64,000 nt of DNA, from the NCBI GenBank assembly GCA_043825615.1, contig JBDRRS010000003.1, forward strand, positions 125,379-189,378. Reading direction: 5' to 3'. Within the stretch, counting starts at the first letter, position 1, and every line of letters begins with the position of its first letter. This stretch comes from a bacterium. Lineage in GTDB: Bacteria; CG03. The notes below the pieces were generated by a model. The model did not search any database and was not told the origin of the DNA. It saw nothing but the letters and a program-made list of their open reading frames with translations. Below, in pieces: positions 56,638 to 64,000 of the stretch. The translations under genes and the position numbers were made by a program.

Positions 56638-59026
56638 AAGAAAAAAAATAAGGGCGGTTATCTCTGACGGAATAAAAATACCGGGATCTCTGTTTTCCGC
56701 AATTTCAATTGTGTGGCTCGGAGTGGTTACGTCCCGGTTTATGAAGTATCACCGGATTAATCCGGATATATCATATTTATTCAAATTGGAAGGTCAATTC
56801 AATCTGGCCATTTTTTTACGTTTATTAACCGAATACATATCCGCATTGTTCCTGGTCGTCGGCATTATGGCAGGCGCTTTTTTTATCGGAAGAAAAGTCA
56901 TTCAATTGCTAAAAATTAAAATGAGTTCGCCGCTCGAAGATTTAACTTTTTCGCTCGGCGCCGGCCTCGGGTCTTTGGGTTATATCGTTTTCTTTCTGGG
57001 AATTTTCGGTTTATTGTACAAGTCAATTTTTTATCCTTTGTGGCTTGTGCTTTTCGTACTGGGAATAAAAGAAATTTTACCTCTGGCGAAAACGGGCGCT
57101 TCAAAGAAATTTCAGATTTCATTACTGCACAAAATTATTATTTTTCTTTTGTTTATACCCGTCCTGTTTAATTTTTTTATAAGTTTCACGCCGGAAATGT
57201 TCTACGATTCATTAAATTACCATGTGGGCCTTTCAAATTATTACAGCGTTTATCACAGGATCCTTCCAAGCCCCTACAAGATTGTTTCACATTACCCGCA
57301 CCTGATGTCCATTGTTTATCTTATGGGAATGATGCTGAAAAGCGAAATGACGCCTAAATTAATCAATTTTTCCTGCGGTTTGATAACCATTTTAGGAATA
57401 TTTTACTTTTGCGAAAAGAACTTTAAAAGCCGGATTACAGGCATTATCGGCGTTGCGGTTTACTATTTTACTCCGACGGTCATCAGCAGGTCATGGGCGG
57501 CAACAACGGATATCGGACTGACGTTATTCACCTTCCTTAGTTTAGCCGCTTTAATTAATTCGCTGACTAAAAAAGACGATAATAAGTGGCTGCTCCTGTC
57601 TGCGGTTTTTGCCGGATTTGCCATGGGCACAAAGTATTCGGGAATTTTATTTACTTCCGGTTTGGTTGCCGTGTTATTCTTTTCGAAAGATGATTATTTT
57701 TCTGTAAAAATAAAAAAAATTTTGTTATTCGGCGCAATTTCGCTAATGATATATTCCCCGTGGCTTATTAAAAACTATGTGGAATCCGGCAATCCCGTTC
57801 ACCCGTTCCTCGGCAAATACTGGAAAGTCAAACATTCACATCAATCGCACACCGAACAAATCAAAAATTATTTTTCAGCGCCTGTGCGCAGAAAACAGAA
57901 TTTTCTAAATCTTCTGACGGTGCCGTGGAACCTCAGTATAAAAGGAGGCGGCAGCAACAAATACAGTTCGCCGGATTATTTTATGCTCGGAGCCGTTTTC
58001 CTCGCGTTTATTCCGTTGTTTTTTTTCATTAACGCCAAAAATAAAAAAACGGTTTATAAACTTTTATTGTTTTCGTTTTTTACTTACGTTTTATGGGTTC
58101 TGTGGGCGCCGGATACCAAAATTAAGTATTACACTCCGGCGATACCCGCATTAAGCGTGGCGGCGGCTTACACTATCGTAAAGATTGAAGAAATAAATAA
58201 ATACCTGGGAAAGATGCTTTTAGTGGTTTTTATACTTTTGATAACTATTAACTTTTTATTTATGGTCCCGCTCGCGCACGTTGTTTATAAACCCTTTTCC
58301 ATTCTGACGGGCAGCGTATTAAAAAGCGAATATCTTTCTGCATCCAGGCCGAGTTACCCCTGCCCCTCATACGGCGCCTACAGGTACGTAAACGAAAACC
58401 TTTCCGCGGATGCAAAAATCCTGATGTTCAGGGACTCCAAATGCTATTACATAAAAAGAAAATTCGTTACTTCCGATATCGCCGGGCACAATCCTCTGAT
58501 TGAGTTCTTAAAAAATGCGGGCGACGCGGATGAATTTTACAGTTATCTCAAACAAAAAAACTTCACGCACATCATCGTAAATATACCCGAAACAATCAGA
58601 ACCGCTGTCTATGGGACATTATACTTTGAAAAAAAGGACTTTGCGGTTCTAGACGGATTCTGGAAAAAATACATGAAAAAATTATATGATTTAAACGGCG
58701 TTTATCTGTATGAAATTCTGTCCGAAGAAGAGGCATCAAAGCCGCGCACCCCACCGGAGAACACTGTGGAAAAAACCTATGTAATTTTCAAAATGCAGGC
58801 GGCAGAAGAAAATATGAAAAGCGGGAACTGGAAAGGCGCGCTTGAAGACATAAACGATTTAATTGATAAAAATGTTGCGGACCACCGTACTTATTACTTT
58901 GCAGGGATTTGTTATTACAACCTCGGGGTCTACGTCAATGCGGAAAAAACCATGCAAATTGCGTATAAACTCAGACCCGAGGAAAGATACCGTCAACTTC
59001 TTGAGGATTTGAAAAAGAAATTTTAG
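56627..59026 (+). CDS. large polytopic membrane protein (GT39/GT83-like glycosyltransferase architecture) with C-terminal TPR-like domain (start moved to MENKRKK)
   Basis: Many TM helices over ~550 aa, then soluble C-terminal helical repeats; overlaps Wzx stop by 11 nt. Confidence 0.45.
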   Translation: MENKRKKIRAVISDGIKIPGSLFSAISIVWLGVVTSRFMKYHRINPDISYLFKLEGQFNLAIFLRLLTEYISALFLVVGIMAGAFFIGRKVIQLLKIKMSSPLEDLTFSLGAGLGSLGYIVFFLGIFGLLYKSIFYPLWLVLFVLGIKEILPLAKTGASKKFQISLLHKIIIFLLFIPVLFNFFISFTPEMFYDSLNYHVGLSNYYSVYHRILPSPYKIVSHYPHLMSIVYLMGMMLKSEMTPKLINFSCGLITILGIFYFCEKNFKSRITGIIGVAVYYFTPTVISRSWAATTDIGLTLFTFLSLAALINSLTKKDDNKWLLLSAVFAGFAMGTKYSGILFTSGLVAVLFFSKDDYFSVKIKKILLFGAISLMIYSPWLIKNYVESGNPVHPFLGKYWKVKHSHQSHTEQIKNYFSAPVRRKQNFLNLLTVPWNLSIKGGGSNKYSSPDYFMLGAVFLAFIPLFFFINAKNKKTVYKLLLFSFFTYVLWVLWAPDTKIKYYTPAIPALSVAAAYTIVKIEEINKYLGKMLLVVFILLITINFLFMVPLAHVVYKPFSILTGSVLKSEYLSASRPSYPCPSYGAYRYVNENLSADAKILMFRDSKCYYIKRKFVTSDIAGHNPLIEFLKNAGDADEFYSYLKQKNFTHIIVNIPETIRTAVYGTLYFEKKDFAVLDGFWKKYMKKLYDLNGVYLYEILSEEEASKPRTPPENTVEKTYVIFKMQAAEENMKSGNWKGALEDINDLIDKNVADHRTYYFAGICYYNLGVYVNAEKTMQIAYKLRPEERYRQLLEDLKKKF

Positions 59027-59055
59027 TTCGGTGCAAACGGAAAAGTTCCCGAAGT

Positions 59056-60390
59056 TTATTTCTGCATTGATTTGAGGAAGTCCTTGTTCGTCGCGGTCTT
59101 TTTTATTTTTTCGCGGATAAATTCCATCGCTTCAACATGGTCAACCCTTGAAAGAAGTTTTCTTAAAATCCAGATCTTGTTAAGAACTTCCTCGCTCAAA
59201 AGAAGTTCCTCCTTCCTCGTGCCGCTTTTTGATATATCTATTGTAGGGAAAACTCTTTTGTCGGTTAATTCCCGCGAGAGGTTTACCTCCATGTTTCCCG
59301 TGCCCTTGAATTCTTCGAATATGACTTCGTCCATCCGGGAGCCGGTGTCCACAAGAGCCGTAGCGATGATGGTTAAACTCCCCTGCTCCTTGGTCGCTCT
59401 TGCCGCTCCGAAAAATTTTTTCGGTTTCTGAAGAGCGCTGGACTCCAGCCCCCCCGACATAACTCTTCCTGACGACGGTGTCTGGGCGTTGTGGGCCCTC
59501 GCCAGCCGCGTGAGGGAATCAAGGAGTATCACGACATCCTCCCCCATTTCAACAAGCCGTTTCGCTTTTTCAAGCACCATATCCGCCACCTGCGTGTGTC
59601 TTTGCGGCGTTTCGTCAAAGGTTGAGGCGACCACTTCCGTGGCTACGCTGTTCCGCATATCGGTAACTTCCTCAGGCCTCTCGTCAATAAGCAGGCATAT
59701 AAGAACAACTTCGGGATGATTTTCCGTTACGGCGTTGGCAATTGCCTGAAGAAGCATGGTTTTTCCCGTTCTTGGGGCGGCCACAATCAGACCCCTCTGG
59801 CCTTTTCCTATAGGGGTAAGCAAATCCATCACCCGCGTCGAAATCTGGTCTCTCGTCGTCTCAAGGTTTATCTTTTCATGCGGATACAAAGGGGTTAATT
59901 TGTCGAAGTGCGGCCTTTTTATTGATTCTTCAGCCGTCTGGGAATTTACGGATGTAATGTCGTTCATTGCGTAGTATTTTTCGTTGTTGACGGACGGATG
60001 TTTGCAGAAGCCCTTCAGAAAGTCCCCTGTTCTGAGGCGCAGGCGCTTTATCAGCATGGGCGCCACATAAATATCGTTGTTTGAAGGGAGATAACTGTTT
60101 TCGCTGGCCCTCAGAAAACCGAATCCGTCGGGAAGTATCTCGAGAAAACCTTCTTTTTCTTCTTTCGGAGGGACGGCATTTTCCGCCGGCGTTTCGTTTT
60201 CCCTGTATTCTTTCTTAGGCAGGGATTCAACAACCGCCGCGGGCGCAGGCGTAACCCGCGATTTCATTATTTCCTCTATTAGAGCATCTCTTTTCAGTTT
60301 TGGGATGTTTTTAACATTCATTGACGATGCAATGTGCCTCAGTTCCCACCATTTCATTTTTTCCAGTTCTTCCATGTTAATTTCCGGCAT
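59056..60390 (-). CDS. rho: transcription termination factor Rho
   Basis: [15 protein letters not shown] Walker A and overall Rho-typical sequence; AGGAGG RBS 8 nt upstream. Confidence 0.9.
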   Translation of the reverse strand: MPEINMEELEKMKWWELRHIASSMNVKNIPKLKRDALIEEIMKSRVTPAPAAVVESLPKKEYRENETPAENAVPPKEEKEGFLEILPDGFGFLRASENSYLPSNNDIYVAPMLIKRLRLRTGDFLKGFCKHPSVNNEKYYAMNDITSVNSQTAEESIKRPHFDKLTPLYPHEKINLETTRDQISTRVMDLLTPIGKGQRGLIVAAPRTGKTMLLQAIANAVTENHPEVVLICLLIDERPEEVTDMRNSVATEVVASTFDETPQRHTQVADMVLEKAKRLVEMGEDVVILLDSLTRLARAHNAQTPSSGRVMSGGLESSALQKPKKFFGAARATKEQGSLTIIATALVDTGSRMDEVIFEEFKGTGNMEVNLSRELTDKRVFPTIDISKSGTRKEELLLSEEVLNKIWILRKLLSRVDHVEAMEFIREKIKKTATNKDFLKSMQK

Positions 60391-60406
60391 TTTGCCTCCT
60401 GTTATA

Positions 60407-60714
60407 CTTACTCACTCGCATATAATTCTCGATTGTTCAGCTCAAGAAGGGGAAGTTTCCCCTTATTGTGCTCCGAATCGTCCTCAGGCGGACAATTCTC
60501 CGCGGTCATCCCCTCCAAAGGTAAAGGATGGTTGCTTTCACGAGCATACTTATAGACTTACTCACTCGCATATAATTCTCGATTGTTCAGCTCAATAGGG
60601 GGGATTTGCCCCCCTGCTACGCATTGTGCCCCGGGCAACCGCTTCCCAGCGCACTCGTCGCTTGTCCCCCCCCCCATAAGGTAAAGGACGGTTGTTTTCA
60701 CGATCATACTTTTA
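60407..60714. repeat. tandem duplication (2 units, ~150 and ~158 bp) immediately upstream of rho
   Basis: Unit starts CTTACTCACTCGCATATAATTCTCGATTGTTCAGCTCAA at 60407 and 60557; unit ends AAGGTAAAGGA[T/C]GGTTG[C/T]TTTCACGA[G/T]CATACTT; internal hairpins covary (AGGGGAAgTTCCCCT vs GGGGGGatttgCCCCCC). Confidence 0.8.
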
Positions 60715-60926
60715 CAATTGCCAGCCGCTGCCCCTAAGAATTGTTACAAAGGCAGCCGGTGGTTTGATAAAACTTCTGTTTAATTCCTGGTTTTTATCTC
60801 AATGTTTCAAAATCCCAAACTTTCCCGATTTAGTTTTTCTTAAATTTTCTATCCCTGTATGGATATTTTACAAATACGGCTTTTTCGTGTCAACCCCCAA
60901 TTTCCAATATTTTCCAGGTGGGGTTT

Positions 60927-61406
60927 TTAAGTTTTTTTGCCGCGGGCAAGGGCAATAATTCCCGTCCGCACCATTTCTTTTATGCCATAGGGCGAAAGAA
61001 GTTTCAGGAACGCCTCGATTTTATTTTCCCTTCCCGTTAATTCAAGAACACAGGTGTCCGTCGAAACATCAACGATATTGGCGCGGAAAACATTGGCAAT
61101 CTCAATAATTTCCCTGCGCACATTTTTTGAGGTGCTCACCTTTACAAGCATCAGGTCTCTTTCTATAAACTCCTCGTTTTTGAAGTCAATTACTTTTATT
61201 ACGTCAGGGAGTTTGTTCAGTTGTTTTACAACCTGTTCTAATATTTTGTCATCGCCTTTTACAACAATTGTCATTCTGGAAATGTCGGCGACCTCAGTTT
61301 CCCCTACCGTCAGCGAACTTATGTTAAAAGCCCGCGCGGAAAAAAGCCCCGAGATTTTCGCAAGGACCCCCGGCTTGTTTTCAACAAGAGCCGCAATCGT
61401 ATGCTT
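60927..61406 (-). CDS. ilvN: acetolactate synthase small (regulatory) subunit, ACT domain (start moved to MKHTIAAL)
   Basis: HTIAALVENKPGVLAKISGLFSARAFNISSLTV ACT-domain signature. Confidence 0.75.
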   Translation of the reverse strand, partial: KHTIAALVENKPGVLAKISGLFSARAFNISSLTVGETEVADISRMTIVVKGDDKILEQVVKQLNKLPDVIKVIDFKNEEFIERDLMLVKVSTSKNVRREIIEIANVFRANIVDVSTDTCVLELTGRENKIEAFLKLLSPYGIKEMVRTGIIALARGKKT

Positions 61407-61459
61407 CATTTTTTCCTCCTTTATCATTTTTTTTGACACTATATCTTTTGTGTTTTTTC

Positions 61460-64000
61460 TTATTTAATAACCGCCAGTTTTTTGACTTCCGTTATATCCC
61501 CTTCTCCTTCCTTCAATGCTTTTACGGAATACAAATAAACTCCGCTGGCAATATCCGAGATGTTCCATGCGTGCTCATAAGCATATTTGCCCCTGACAAT
61601 TGTAAACTCATTTCCGGAAAGTTCCTTCGTATAAACGAGTTCACCAGCGATATTATATATTTTTATTTGAACTTTGTCAGCAATCCCGCACTCAACATGA
61701 ATCGTCGGTTTCTTTCCTCTCTTCGCAGGATTCGGATACGAGTAAATCTCTCCCTTTCTGAATGTCATATCTGGCCCGGCTCTGCTTACTTTCACCGAAG
61801 AAACAACTTCCCTCACAAACGAGCCGTCGCTCACCCCTTCATTCCCCGCTAAATCCTTTCCCGTCACGTAGATTTTATCAATGTCTCCGAAGCCGGTTCT
61901 TTTTGTGTAAATTCCTTTATAAGTCGTGGTCGTTCCTGTTACCGGTTCCATTTCTATTTCAACACTCTGTTTCTTATCTTTTTTGCTGTTGCCGTTTGGC
62001 AGAACCTCGGCAATAATATCCGGCGCTGCCTGAAGTTCTTCCGAGGCGGTAACGGTTATTATCATCTCATCCGACGTTTCAGGGTCAACTGTTAAAACCA
62101 CCCCAAACTCCGGAGGTGTCGTATCAAACATTGTGCTTACAGGTGAAAGAACCGCATACAGTGACGCGACAGAACCCACCCGAACAATCACTCTGTGATT
62201 TATCCTGTCAACCGTTCCGCCTAAAGCAACCCATTCTCCCAACTCTTCATTCCAGTCGTAAATATCAAGTTCTTCCTCGCTCCCCCCTTCAGGGAGCAAA
62301 GCGGGCTCATAAAACATAATCAGAAACGCAGCCGGGGTGAATATAACGCCGTCCGGAGAGATGTCATAAAGTTCCCCCATGATTTCCAGGCCGGATAACT
62401 GAAGTGATTTTGAGGCATTATCGGGAACTGACGTTGTTGAAATTGAAACCGCACCTGCAATATTCGGATACCATATATCTACAAACCCGTCGCTGCTCAT
62501 TGTCTCATTCGGTGATTCGCTTGCAACCACAATATAACTGCTCTCAACAGGCGATGTCTTCTGGGCGGTCTTCGCCTGAATGTTAAGCAAATATATCCCG
62601 TCTGAAACTATATCGCCGTTGTAATCTCTTCCGCCCCAGTCGGCGCTCTGCGGGTTCTGACCGCTTTGTCTTAACTCATCATCAATGAGAATCCGAAAGA
62701 TATCCGGATTGTCCTTATCCTCTATTCTGATGGTAACATTTGAGTTCTTTGAAATTGAATAATGAATCGTTATTGTGTCCCTCACCCCGTCAAAGTTCGG
62801 TGAAAAAGGGTCTGGTTCCGTTGAGATATTATAAACATAAAGAGCGGTATTTGAGATTGTTACTTTATTCATTGAACTTTCACAGGAGTAACCCAGAACA
62901 TCAAACGCCGTTACCTGATAATAATAGTCGCCCGGAGAAACCAGACCTCTGTTATCGTCTTTACCGTCCCAGACAACATTCTGGAGAACATCAAGTGCCT
63001 GCGTCGTGTCGCTTAAGAGGCATCTTGTTATGCTTGTCCCTTCCTGGTCGGAATACACTTTTACGCTTACTTTCACCGGTTCCGTTGTTTTCGTGTCCGA
63101 AAACATATAAGAGAGCGTCGTTATATCATCTGTCCCGTCCCCGTCGGGACTGAATGTTGCAGGGTTAACGGGCTCAACCGAAATTGTCAGCACATCAACC
63201 TGCATGGTAATTATGTACTGCTGGGAAGGTCCGACCTCCGTCGTGTATCCGAACTGGTCGGTGCCTGTTAGCTGATAATAATACTTACCGTTTGAAACGA
63301 ATTTACCGTCTTCCCTTTTCCCGTCCCATGTGTGAGAATAAATACCGGGAACCGCTTCCTCACTGTTTGAAATTAGATCTCTTACGAGGTTTTCTCCGCC
63401 CGAATCGGAATAAATCTTTATTGAAACATAAGATGAGGTCGCTCCTTTCAAGTCGGAAAGCGAATACGTTATTGTTGATACTTCATCCACAAAATCCCCG
63501 TCCGGAGAAAAGGGGTCGGGACTATCCGCAATATCCGAAAAAACGAGAATGTCCTTGCTCTTTACTATAACCAGTCCAGGAGCGCTCTCAACGGGATTTC
63601 CGTATGTCTCGGCGATTATCTTTATGTTATACGAGGCGTTCGGAACATAAAAGCCGCTGTCTCTCTTCCCGTCCCATGTGTCCGTGCTTATCCCGACAGC
63701 CCTTGTTTCATCCGTTATTAGATTCCTTACAATCTCTCCTGTTACCTTGTCCGAAATAATTACACTTACCCCCGCTTCTTCAGAAAGCGAATAGACAATG
63801 TCTATTGTGTCGGCAAGTCCGTCGTCGTCAGGCGAAAATACGTTATTCGCTACACCGTCAACATAAAAGACAGGAACTGTAATTACAACCAGAACATTTG
63901 AGATTGTAACCTCCGCGCTTTCATCAGTTGTTATGCTTCCACCAACATTTGTTTTTATCTGATATGTGTAAATTCCGTTTGGAAGCCAGTTCCCGGAATC
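61460..64000 (-). CDS. large surface protein with repeated FlgD-Ig-like domains and T9SS C-terminal sorting domain (5' end beyond window)
   Basis: C-terminal ASGVYLYSVKA...TEVKKLAVIK; repeated FSPDGDG...WDGK..G..V..G.YYYQ units; hand translation shows the frame stays open from 63490 to 64000. Confidence 0.7.
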   Translation of the reverse strand, partial: DSGNWLPNGIYTYQIKTNVGGSITTDESAEVTISNVLVVITVPVFYVDGVANNVFSPDDDGLADTIDIVYSLSEEAGVSVIISDKVTGEIVRNLITDETRAVGISTDTWDGKRDSGFYVPNASYNIKIIAETYGNPVESAPGLVIVKSKDILVFSDIADSPDPFSPDGDFVDEVSTITYSLSDLKGATSSYVSIKIYSDSGGENLVRDLISNSEEAVPGIYSHTWDGKREDGKFVSNGKYYYQLTGTDQFGYTTEVGPSQQYIITMQVDVLTISVEPVNPATFSPDGDGTDDITTLSYMFSDTKTTEPVKVSVKVYSDQEGTSITRCLLSDTTQALDVLQNVVWDGKDDNRGLVSPGDYYYQVTAFDVLGYSCESSMNKVTISNTALYVYNISTEPDPFSPNFDGVRDTITIHYSISKNSNVTIRIEDKDNPDIFRILIDDELRQSGQNPQSADWGGRDYNGDIVSDGIYLLNIQAKTAQKTSPVESSYIVVASESPNETMSSDGFVDIWYPNIAGAVSISTTSVPDNASKSLQLSGLEIMGELYDISPDGVIFTPAAFLIMFYEPALLPEGGSEEELDIYDWNEELGEWVALGGTVDRINHRVIVRVGSVASLYAVLSPVSTMFDTTPPEFGVVLTVDPETSDEMIITVTASEELQAAPDIIAEVLPNGNSKKDKKQSVEIEMEPVTGTTTTYKGIYTKRTGFGDIDKIYVTGKDLAGNEGVSDGSFVREVVSSVKVSRAGPDMTFRKGEIYSYPNPAKRGKKPTIHVECGIADKVQIKIYNIAGELVYTKELSGNEFTIVRGKYAYEHAWNISDIASGVYLYSVKALKEGEGDITEVKKLAVIK

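Noticed and set aside
60305-60598. 97-aa ORF containing the repeated peptide [13 protein letters not shown]
   Set aside because: The internal repetition is produced by translating the tandem DNA duplication upstream of rho; it overlaps the rho start on the opposite strand, so it is not a gene.
1-64000. CRISPR array
   Set aside because: No regularly spaced direct repeats of 25-40 bp with unique spacers; the repeated elements are irregularly spaced hairpins (island) or only two units (rho upstream).

Overview
Bacterial chromosomal window of mixed composition, probably from a T9SS-bearing (FCB-group-like) lineage, judged from two proteins with T9SS-type C-terminal sorting domains; taxon not determinable from sequence alone. 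(1) 1-10.3 kb is a strongly AT-rich island of co-directional plus-strand genes: a complete Type III restriction-modification pair (Mod 2754-4751, Res 4754-7528) flanked by seven uncharacterised ORFs, with a recurring hairpin element in the intergenic gaps. This is the best candidate for a novel defence-type system. (2) 10.5-17.8 kb: ADP-ribosylglycohydrolase, ComEC-like MBL hydrolase, ankyrin protein, a sensor-propeller/T9SS cargo protein and a PorQ/PorV-like outer-membrane protein. (3) 18.7-38.7 kb, mostly minus strand, is housekeeping: PilZ/cNMP protein, inositol monophosphatase, PPi-PFK, accA, an Omp85-like giant protein, rpsA-ispH-plsC-cmk-aroA-tyrA. A REP-associated tyrosine transposase (RAYT) with inverted REP-like repeats is inserted between aroA and cmk, and a REP doublet lies at 19.9-20.0 kb. 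(4) 38.8-43.3 kb: carbamoyltransferase / methyltransferase / SGNH hydrolase cluster. (5) 43.4-59.0 kb: surface-glycan locus (WbpB/WbpD/WbpE-like enzymes, GT2, DUF354, B12-radical SAM, Wzx flippase, large membrane glycosyltransferase-like protein). (6) rho, a ~150-bp tandem-duplicated leader upstream of rho, ilvN, and a large FlgD-Ig-repeat T9SS cargo gene that runs off the window end. No rRNA, tRNA or CRISPR array was recognised. All functional calls come from reading motifs in the supplied translations; no database search was run.
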